Assembly: GCF_006345805.1 (NCBI RefSeq)
Contig: NC_043007.1
Location: 31,186,001-31,250,000 of the forward strand
Direction: 5' to 3'
Origin: Octopus sinensis
Taxonomy: Eukaryota
Length of the DNA stretch: 64,000 bases
The position numbers and the translations under genes are program-made. Below are positions 36,201-48,200 of the stretch, one piece after another. The number at the start of each line of letters is the position of its first letter. Position 1 is the first letter of the stretch. Below the pieces are notes generated by a model, which made no database searches, was not told the DNA's origin, and saw nothing but the letters and a program-made list of their open reading frames with translations.

Positions 36201-39200
36201 GTTCTTGAGCAAGACACTTTATTTCATGTTGCTCCAGTTCACTCAACTGTAGAGATGAGTTGCGACTCCACTGGTGTCAAGTTGTATCGGCCCCTTTGCA
36301 TTTCCCTTGGATAACATCAGTGGCATGGAGACAGAAGGCTGATATGCATGGGTGACTGCTGGTCTTCCATAAGTAACCTTGCTTGGACTTGTGCCTTAGA
36401 GGGGAACTTTGTTTGGTGCAATCTCATGGTCATTTGTGACAAAAGGGGGTCTTTACCCTTTTTGGCCAAACTTCACATATAGGACTTGGAGTGAGTTTTT
36501 TGGAGAAGATCTTTTTTGGAAAATCTTATATGATATATACTAGCATCTTGTATGGTATGTACCAGAATCTCATATGATATGTTCTGGCAACTTCCTCTTA
36601 TACATCACGTACCAATGGTTTCTTCCTGGAGAAATTCTGCAAAGACATGTTGCATTGAACATAGACAAATGTTTGTGTAAATATGTTGCAGAGCACAAAT
36701 GAGATGAGAGAAAAAACTTTATAACAGGAATCAAATGTATTTGTGTGCTGGTATGGACGTGTGATGCATAGGAAGGCCTGGCACTTTGGTAAAGAAATGT
36801 TCAGTCATTCAAATGGAAGGAATTTATGAAAGAGGAAAACATGGGAAATAGTGAAGGCTGATCTCATAAGCTACTTCCTGGGTCATATAGATCCATAGGG
36901 GGCTGGGGTGTTTTTTTTTTTTTTTTGCTTTCTGTGCTATATTATTTACCCCTGGATGAGATGTCAATCCACTGTTTTGAATTAATCATGGCTTATCTCA
37001 TAGCTTTGAGATTTCCATGATGTAATTTACTCTTTTACTTGTTTCAGTCATTTGACTGTGGCCATGCTGGAGCACCGCCTTTAGTTGAGCAAATCGACCC
37101 CAGGACTTATTTTTTATAAGCCTATCAGTCTTTTTTGCCAAACTGCTAAGTTACGGGGACCAGCATCGGTTGTCAAGCGATGTTGGGGGTACAAACACAG
37201 ACACACAAACATATACACACACATACATATATACAACAAGCTTCTTTCAGTTTCCTTCTACTAAATCCACTCACAAAGCTTTGGTTGGCCTGAGACTATA
37301 GTAGAAGACACTTGCCCAAGGTGCCACGCAGTGGGACTGAACCCGGAACCATGTGGTTGGTAAGCAGGGATACTTACCACATAGCCACTCCTATGCCTAA
37401 TTGTTTATTCTTAGAACGACATTGAAGGATAGATGCAAGAAGCCTGATCTGGCCAGTTTAAACATAAAACAAGCAGAATATTTGGGCTGGACAGTTTAAA
37501 TGCTAAAGACTTAAACATGAGAAGGAAACTTTAAAAATGAATTCTCAATTTCTTAAAATAATCTTCTCTTTTTTTTTATAAATCATTAATGAACACCGCT
37601 AGGTGTTTGTTTTCTTTCTTCAACTAAGGTGCCGGAGTGGCTGTGTGGTAAGTAGCTTGCTTACCAACTACATGGTTCCGGGTTCAGTCCCACTGCGTGG
37701 CATCTTGGGCAAGTGTCTTCTGCTATAGCCCCGGGCCAACCAATGCCTTGTGAGTGGATTTGGTAGACGGAAACTGAAAGAAGCCTGTCGTATATATGTA
37801 TATATATATATGCGTGTGTGTGTTTGTGTGTCTGTGTGTGTCCCCTAGCATTGCTTGACAACCGATGCTGGTGTGTTTATGTCCCCGTCACTTAGCGGTT
37901 AAGCAAAAAGAGACCGATAGAATAAGTACTAGGTTTACAAAGAATAAGTCCTGGGGTCGATTTGCTGACTAAAGGCGGTGCTCCAGCTTGGCCACAGTCA
38001 AATGACTGAAACAAGTAAAAGAGTAAAGAGTAAGAGAAAAACATTAATTCATTAAGCATTAAACGAACACTTGATTTATTGACTATTAATTTGAGAGTGT
38101 ATACATTCTTGGAGTCAGTGAAAAAGCTGCAAGAGCGAAGGGAATTCCTTTTAGGAGTCTGTTCACATTTGCTGTTTGTTGTTGTTTATTTCAGTGGACT
38201 TGTGTATGTAGCTTCTAACAATCATTGTTGGAGATTAACAAAATCCCCTATTTCTGAACAAGTGAATGACTTGGTGAAGATCAAAGAATTTGAGTTAGCT
38301 TTACGTCTTGTGGTAAGTATTCTAGAACAAGATGGTTTACCATCTCTCTCTCCTCCTCCACCATCATCATCATTGTTTTAATGTTCACTTTTCCATGCTC
38401 TCATGGGTCAGAGAGAATTTGTTGAGGTAGATTTTTTTTATGGCTGGATGCCCTTACTGTCACCAACCCTCACCTGTTTCCAAGTGAAGTAATATTCCTC
38501 CCTCGCAGGCCAGACATGTTTTCACAGAAGATTGGAAAATAAACACCCTTCCTTATACGATGATGATGCTCATTTACAACCATCATGTGATGGTAACGAC
38601 CTCGCTCGAATGTTTTCTCATGTGCCACCAGCACAAGTGCCAGTAAGGTGACGCAGGTAACGATCATGCTCAAATGGTGTTTCATATATTCTTGCATCAA
38701 TAAATGCATAGATTTGTAAGTTTACATATTTACTTAGTGACTTATTCATGCTAAGAAGGTCAGAGGAAGGCTGAAACATGTCGAGAGTTATCTCTGACTT
38801 TTCATGGCAAATGATAAAATAATATTAGCTATTGACAAATTATTTCTTTCTCACTTCACAGGTATTTTTAGGTAACTATTTTAATGCTTTATACACAAAA
38901 ATATGTTAGCACTACACACACAAATATTTTTTTATTACTAAGAAAATGTTTTAACGATAATAACATTAATTCTTTAGGCAGAGAATATGGAGTCAGAATG
39001 TGAAGCAGAGAAGAAGAAACGTTTACAAAAAATCCAGAACAGACAAGCTTTTCATTTATTTTGCCAGCACCAGTTTGATGCATCAATGAAATTGTTCATG
39101 GAATTGGACACTGGTTTGTATTAATTAATATTTGCTTACGAGGGGGTGAGGCTGAAAAGTACCTGGCTTTGGGTAAAAGAAAATACAGGTAAATCAGTTA

Positions 39201-42200
39201 ATTATGATTTTATGCAACATATTCCCCTCTCAGGTTCACGCACTTATTGCAGTGGTCCTTCTGTTTTTCTAAGCCCTGTAAAAGAACTTGGCCTCCAACC
39301 AAGCCTTTTGCAATTCCCTTAAAGCCAGGAACTTTTCAATATGCCCTCGTATATGTTGCAGTATAATTTATTAGTTTGTTTGAGCTTTCACCACATTTGA
39401 TATTTTTCTTGTATGGTTTAGAATGATTTTTGTAGTGTGACACATGTGACTCATCGTGCAATGTTGTTCACAGTCTACTGCTTGAATGGTGCTTTTTATG
39501 TGCCACTGGCACAGGGTGCCAGTCAGACAGCACTGGCATTGACCCATGCTTGAATGGTGCTTATTACATGCTGAAAGCACAGGTGCCAGTCAGGCGGCAC
39601 TGGCATCGACCACAACTACAATTTCCATTTTGATTTCGATCTTGATTTGATTTTAATTTTAATTTGATTTTCTTCCCTCTTATGATTATTGAAATAAGTA
39701 CTGGACAATACACAGGGGTTGATGTAACCAACTAAAACCCTTAGAGATACTTTAAGCAATATCTTATTACACTGTTGTTTTATTTTTATAATCTGTGTTG
39801 TATTAATAAAATTTTCTCATGGTTTATTGTTGTTGTTGTTGTCTGATAAACTTGTGATTGACCTCCATATTTATCAATTTGTTATTTAAAAGATCCATCG
39901 CATGTGATTGGTCTCTACCCTAATCTGCTGCCTTCCTGCTACCATAAAGATCTCACCTACCCAGATACCGTGCCTGAGTTAGATGGTGGTGACCTCGAAA
40001 ATGCCTTATTGGCACTTATCGATTACCTTAACGAGGTATGTGTGTATAGACAAAATTTTCTGTACATTGTCTACTTTTCCTAAATACAACCTGTTTGAAT
40101 TAAATCTGCAAAATATTTCCAAACATTGCAATACACAGTATACCACTCTAAATGAATTTAGTAATTTACCTGTGTTGTATGTTATTTAGTTTTATTTGCA
40201 TTTTGAATAAAAACCATTACCGTTCTCTAGTTTATCCATCAACAAACAATCAAAATGTTAATTGCATGCGTTGGGTTGTCAGATAAATTCCTTTATTTTT
40301 TCCCCATTTATTTTAATATTTATTTTTCATCGACAATTTTATTTTAACAAATCAGTCACTGATACATTCTTCTTCATTGTTCATGACTTCTTGCCAGTGT
40401 TCTGCTAGTTTGTCGATGCCTTTGACGGTTGCAGTCACTGGGTCTTGACCTCAGTGAGCCACATTCTCTGCTCTGTATCATTGTTGAACAAAATGCCTCA
40501 CAGACTATTGAAGAGGAATGATAAAGGAGATAATTTGGAGGTGCTATCATCATCATCGTCACCACCACCACCATCATCATCATCATCACCACCACTACCA
40601 CCACCACCACCACCATTTAACAGCTATTTTTCCATGCTGGCATGGGTTGGCTGGTTTGATGAGCTGGCACCAGGCTCCAATCGTCTGATTTGGTATGGTT
40701 CCTTCAGCTGGGTGTCCTTCTTAACACCAACCACTTTACAAAGTGTACTGGATGCTTTTCATGTGGCACCAGCACACATGGTTTACACATGGCACTAACA
40801 CAAGTGCTTTTTGTGCGACTGTATAAGAAGAATATGGTTGGTGTGGCAGAGCTTCACAGCCAAGCTCTTGAATAGGAATTTTATGTCAAATCAACAATGT
40901 ATCTCTTTTGTTCAGAGGCACACATTTACCGAGTTTTCCGTCCTTACCCACAGAGTAAAAGCAAGAGGTAACAGTATGATAAAAGCATCTCATCTGTTGG
41001 GTCAATTCCTTGATGGATTGGCATGGATCCTTGTGGAAGAGATTGTTCAACCAATCTTCCTCGATCTGTATAGGTTGGCTGGAACACAGACAGTCTGTGA
41101 AATCGAATTTCTCCTCCATTGAAGCATGAAAACCATTTCTGTGCCATTCTTTCAGTAACAGTACCTTCTTCATGTACAATACAAATGTCTCAAGTGGCTT
41201 TGGCAGTTTGGTACCTTGATTGAAAGCAAAGAGAAAGCGTTAAAAATGCTAATTCCTTTTGTAACTTGGTACTTCGTACTCTATTGTCATGTGACTGGAC
41301 AGATTAAAATTTTATCCAAGTTTCAAAAAAAAGATTAACAAAAGTTGTAGAAGAAGAACAGAGATCAAATAAATAAATAAAAAAACTTTTTTAAAAACCA
41401 TTTTTGAAACCATTTTTTGTGCTAATTTAGATAACATTGGAAAGAAACAAGCAAATTTATCTAAGAACCGATTCATCCTTTATATATCGGAGAGATTCAC
41501 AATGAATTACTGCTTACATAATCCCCTCAAATTAGATTGAATCCAAGTAAAACTTTGCTTGTCTGATAGAAATCAACATTCCCAAACACCCAGCAATTTT
41601 TGACCCTTTCTCCACTGTGGACCAGTTTTACAATGCTCCCCCTCTCCACTTACTCTTTCTGCAGTTGTTTCTTCCATGTTTTTTTCCCCACCCACATCCA
41701 CTTAATGCATCTCCTTTTCCTCTTCTGCCACTGCTTCTGTGTCTTGCCTCTTCCCCGTCTCCTAATCCCTCTCTGATCTAGATTTGCATTCTCCTGCAAT
41801 TCTTCTTCCTCCAAATTCTCATTGAAAGTTATTTAAATTAAATGTTAATTCCTCTAATCTTACCCATACCAATTCTTTAGCTAAAAAGGACTCGGGGGGG
41901 GGGGGGAAAGCTTTAGGTGTTTGGTTAAAAAAAGAAATCAAAATAAAAATTAACAAAATAGGCGCGGGAGTGGCTGTGTGGTAAGTAGCTTGCTTACCAA
42001 CCACATGGTTCTGGGTTCAGTCCCACTGCATGGCACCTTGGGCAAGTGTCTTCTGCTATAGCCTCCAGCCGACCAAAGCCTTGTGAGTGGATTTGGTAGA
42101 CGGAAACTGAAAGAAGCCCATCGTATATATGTATGTGTATTTGTGTGTGTATATGTTTGTGTGTCTGTGTTTGTCCCCCCAACATCGCTTGACAACCGAT

Positions 42201-45200
42201 GCTGGTGTGTTTGCGTCCCCGTAACTTTGCAGTTTGGCAAAAGAGACTGATAGAATAAGTACTAAGCTTATAAAGAATAAGTCCTGGGGTCGATTTGCTC
42301 GACTAAAGGCAGTGCTCCAGCATGGCCACAGTCAAATGACTGAAACAAGTAAAAGAGTAAGGAGTAAAATAAAAGAAAGACCATCCGTCTGTCTGTCTGT
42401 CCATCCATTTTCTCTACATAATATTCCTGGGAGGGTGGTGAGGGTAGAGTTCTCAGGCACATCCTCCATAGGGTGATCCAATACAAATACCATTTTGTGG
42501 GCCTGATACAATTACCAGCTTATTACCTTATGTTACTAAATTCTTCTAAATTTTGATTTTTAAATATTTTTCAAAATTAATTAAAACTTATAGAAAGTGC
42601 ATTTCATTAGAAGTGTGGTCGTTAAAGAATTTTTTGTTTATATTGTTAATTACTTAATTATCTCCAGCTATTATATTTCTTTTATTATCTGCTGCTAAAC
42701 AACTATAATTATTATTATTTTTTATACATTTTTAACGTTTTTCTTTCCTCTTGTTTGTAGAAACGTTACCATATTATGAAAATTCCTAGCAAAGAGATAA
42801 CAACCACTGCCATCGGGGACATGAACCGAACTATCAAATCCAAAAGACAGATTGCTCAAATTATTGACACAACTTTGCTTAAATGCTACCTTGAAGTAAG
42901 TATATTTGGTTATTATATTTTGCAATTAACGGTTCGACTGGGGTCTGGGAAGCCAGGGAGGCTGCAACAGGCCCTGATCCGATTTGGTTATTATATATTG
43001 CAATTAAAGACCATGTGAGCCAACTTGGTCTGTTTGAAACTAAAGAATTTGTTGTTGTCAATGCTGTTTAGCACCAATCTATCAATGATAGATTAGACTT
43101 ATGAATAAAGCTGTGTATCAGATATCGTTACTCTGTACCCATGTGGTGCCACATAAAAGCACCCAGCACACTCTGTAAAGTGGTTGGCGTTAGGAAAGGC
43201 ATCCAGCCACAGAAAACCATGCCAGATCAGACTGGAGTCTGGTGCAGCTGCCCAGCTCTGTTCAAATCGTCCAACCCATGCCAGCATGGACAACGGATGT
43301 TAAATGATGATGATGATTACTAATCATATTAAACACTCCATCTTGCGACCATCTTGTGTTTCTTCAGGTGTGGTGTATCTTGGTTTACATCCACTTTATT
43401 TTTTTAATAACGTTTGTATAGACTGTAATTTGAGGGAGATATTACTTTGGTTGGCCCAGGGTTATAGCAAAAAGACACTTAACTGAGAACACGTGGTTGT
43501 GAAGAAAAGTGAACTTCTTAACCAAAGAGCTTTGCTGCACACACACACACACGTTATATATACCATGTACTTCTGCAAAGTTTCCTGTGCTGTGCTTTGA
43601 ACCCAGAACCATGTAGTTCACAACTTCAAACTTCTTGGCTATGCCTGCCTCTGTGCATGCTTTCAAGTTGAAGGTAACTTCAGATAATCTTGTGAATGAG
43701 ATTCCAACAATTTGTGTAAGGAAGGACATTCCCCAGTTGTTATTCATTGCCTTCAAATAGCAACAAAGGGGTTCGTATGATACCTCTGGGTTTGGTGGAT
43801 GAGTGGACACAACATGAGTGATGAGAGAAAGGGAGGCTGCTGAGATGGGAGGATGTGGGTTGAGGTGGTAGTGGTAAACTAACCAGTTTCGAGGAGTTGA
43901 GGCCATTGTTGTGGACGTTGAAACGACAGGGTGAGGGGACAACACATCCGTGAATTAGAAGTTGAAGTGTGTTGACAAATGACATGATGCTAATAAATCA
44001 TCACCTGATATAAATTGTCTGGTGATGATATTTTAGTGCTTTGAAGTTTGTGGAGGGTCCAACTTTGTATACAGGACCCAAGATGATTTTTTTGAGATAT
44101 TTATTTAGAAAATATGTCCATCATATATACCTTGAAATACTGTAAATGGTTTTAACAGTTTTGGTTATTTTTCAGTTCCTGTTTTTTGTTTGTTTTCTAT
44201 TGGATCCTACTTATGTAATCTTTACATCATTTTGCAGACAAATGATGCGTTGATGGCGCCATTCCTCAGGAGGGTGGACAATCAATGTCATATTGAAGAA
44301 AGTGAACGTGTTCTGAGGAGCAAAGAAAAGTTTAGTGAATTAATAATTTTGTACCGGAAGAAAGAATTGCACCAAAAAGGTATTATTTGTTTCGTTTTGG
44401 GATTTGGTTTGCAAGATTCTTTAGGTGAGTTCGTGTGTTGACTCTCCCCAGACACAACAAGGTATTATTTGTGTTTCTTTAGATTTAATTTTAAAAAATG
44501 GTAGCAAGCTGCTAGAATTGTTGGCCTGTTGGATGCTTATTGGCGTTTCTGGCATTTCTTCTGGCTCTTGTTCAAAAGGCACCAATGCTTCTGCGAGCTT
44601 GCTACCTTTAATATTCCTTTCTGTTATAGATGCAAGGCCTGAAATTTTGCGGGAGGGGTCTCATTAGATACATTAACCCACAGGCATATGGCGTAGTGTT
44701 TAAGAGCGCGGGTTACTAACCCTGAGATTCTGAGTTCAATTCCAAGCAGTGACCTGAATAATAATAATAATAATAACATTGAAAAATATCCTAGGAATGA
44801 GAACCCAGGTTCGAAATTTCCCCAAGACACCTGATGAAGGCTGGAGGGTATACCAGCCGAAATGTTGTGTTAACAACAAACAAGATGAGGACAAATATCC
44901 GTCAAATGTAAATAATGTACATAATTCTTCATCTCTTAAATATAGAACTGTATTGACCCCAGTGCTCAACTAGTACTTATTTTATCAACCCCGAGAGGAT
45001 AAAAGGTGAAGCTGACTTTAGTGGCATTTGAACTCAGAATGTAAAGCCAGAAGAAAAGTTGCTAAGCAATTTGTCCAGGGTGCTGATGATTTGGTCAGCT
45101 CATGCTGTTCCTTTTATTCATTGATATTTAATCAGGAATGAGTGTGGCTTGCTGGGGCTCACCTCACTCACTTTATTTCCCTCACATCAAAGAGACGCCC

Positions 45201-48200
45201 AGCTAGAATCAAGTTTGTTGTAGGTTTTGTAAATGAGAGGATGTGAATTCAGCCTAGAATCACAAACAAATGAAACTGTGCAGTGCTTCCCCTGTTTACA
45301 GCAGTGTATTGTAGCCTCCTTGTGTTATTTACATCGTGTTGAGATGTTCCATGAAGACGATGTTATTGTATTGGGTTGTCTGGAAAGTCCGTGCTGATTT
45401 TTTAGAGGAAAGAAAAAGGTCAATAAATACCTGCCATTACATTTTTAATCAACCAAATATGAACCATTTTGTTGCACAATGCGTCTCCATCTTTCCTTTA
45501 ACTTGAAAGTACCTTCTTCCCAGAATTGAGGTGGTTTCATGGCAAAGAATTCATCAAGGTATCTTTTTATGTCATCCAAGGAATTGAAATTTTTACCATT
45601 AAGACTATTCTACAGAGACCTGAATAAGTGGAAATCCGAAGGAGCAATATCTGGTGAATATGGAGGGTGGGGTAACACATCCCAGTCGAGCTGCAGTAAT
45701 TTTTGTCTGGTTCCCAAATCATCAAATGCTGACAATGAACTTTCTTATTTTCCATTTTAAAGGGTTACAGAATTAACACAGGTTATAGAAACATAAACCT
45801 TCTTGCACGAAAAGATAGCTTAAACTGTGCTCTAAATGGAGGTATAGTCAAATCCTATTTTATGGACTCAACCATGTTCTAAAATAAGTTGAAAGGTAAG
45901 CTACTATAAATCAGCAAGAACTTTCCGGACAACCCAATAAATGCCATTGAAAACAATGGGTATTAGCTCCTCTTTGAAAATGGTATGGTTTTAGTTGTGT
46001 GATAGATAATTAGTACTTTTGATTAGTGGAGATTAAATTTGGCATTATTGAAATTTTGCAATATGTTTTCCGTATTTTTATCCTTATTACAATTACGTTT
46101 TTGTCCTTTACAGCTTTATCCTTATTGATGCAACAAGCGTGCCGGCCTGCCTCTTCGCTTCAAAGTGGCCAGGATGGCATCGTAGAATATCTCCAGCATT
46201 TAGGTTTGTAGCGACATTTTCATATAGAATTTCCATTGGGTTCTACAAATATCGCATTCAAAATACTCATGCATGCATTTAAATGTTTCAATACCAACCA
46301 GACTCAGGTGGCCCCTGCTTCTACAATACGGCACCTCTGATTTTGAAGGGAAGGTGGGGGTGAGGAGGGCTGGCATTGACCACGATCGGAGGGTGCTTTT
46401 TACGTGCCACCAGCATGGGGACCCAGTCAGGCAGTACTGGCAACGACCCACGCATGAATGGTGCTTATTGCGTGTCACCAGCACGAGAGCCAGAATTTTT
46501 TTTCCAAATTACATTTCAACCCTTTTAACTGCAGAAATCAGATACATCCACGCCAAATGTTACGATCCCTTTTTAACTGCGAAAAGTAGTTTTATATCGC
46601 AATCTATCTTTCGTTGAGGAATGATCACATTTCAAACTAGTTTTTGTGTTGAGATATGTCAAGTTTGTTGAGACAACATAACTTGTAGAAAATCTCAGTT
46701 CTTTTCTATGATCAATATAAAGCATCATTCATGGAATAACTCTGAAATTTAATAGGAGAGTATTGTAATTTGCTTGCAGCATTGTGTATTGCTTGTAAAG
46801 AATAAAAAGTTTTGAATGGTCCAACAACTGTTGTAATTTAGTCATCCAAAGTCTGATATGTTTTCTAACAGCTTTTTCTTGTGCTTATAGTTAAATAAAG
46901 TTTTCAAATTATCTTTCCAGGTCCATCTCATATTGATCTTATTTTTGAATATTCTGCTGCTGTACTACAGAAAGACCCTGTAGAAGGACTCAGTGTAAGT
47001 AACATTGTACAACTTATGTGAAATTCTGGTTTTATTGAATAATGTTAGCAATTTTCAGTCAGAATATTTCACTGGATTCATTTTCTCCAATCTGTTGTTT
47101 CAATTTCGTTTTTGGATTTGGTTTGCAAGATTCTTTATGTGAGATCGTGTGTTGAAGCATATTCTGCTGTGTCTAGAAAATTTCCACTTATTTCTTTTTT
47201 TTTATTTTCCTAAAATTTTTGTTGTATTTTGCAACCTTTTCAATAGACGTTGAGAGTCAAAACTATTGAAAAGGTTGCAAGATGCAACAAAAATTTTAGG
47301 AAAATAAAAAAAAAAAGAAATAAGTGGAAATTTTACCGGTGAGTGTGTTACATTATGAGGCACCAAAAGAGAATGACTCTCCCCAGACACAACAGAATAT
47401 TGTTTCAATGTTATGTGGAAATTTAAAAATAAAACGGGAGGATGTGGGGGAGGAGGACAGGGGACAAAATTTGTGCTTGTGGAAGTGCTTACTCGATGGT
47501 TAAATATTCCGTGAGACTTACTTACTCATAAAGAGGTACGCACAAACGCGTACGTGTATACACACATAATGGGCTTCTTTCAGTTTTTGTTTCCCAAATC
47601 CACTCACAAGGCTTTGGTCAGCCTGGGACAATAGTTGAAGTTTGTCCAACATGCTGTGCAGTGGGACTGAACCTGAGATCACATGGTTAGGAAGCAAGCT
47701 TCTACACTGTACAGCTATACTTGTACCTACTGAAACATACATACAAACATGCTTATATGCATACATACATGACCTGAATAAAATGTAAGCACAACAGACC
47801 TGATTTAATGATTTGGGATTGAGAAGAGAAACTGTGCACAGTTGTGGAAATTAGCTGAGCAGCGGATGTTAATATAAAACTGAAGATCAGTGAAAAAAGA
47901 GAACACCTACACTGAACTATTGAGAAATCTGCAGTTACTCTATCTAAATTACAAGTTCAGGTTTATGCCTGTAATTATTGGCACCCTGAGATATGTAAAG
48001 CACTGCCTAAATACCAATCTTGAGAAATTGGGCTTCTCAAAAGGAGAAAGCTAAATCGAAGACTACAGAAATGTAAAAATCTAAAACTTTCCAGAAGTTT
48101 ATCATTTAAATATATATGAGCATGTCTAGATATGCAAATATGTGCATGAGAATACACACGTAAAGGAAAACATACAAATCTGCACATATACATACAAACA

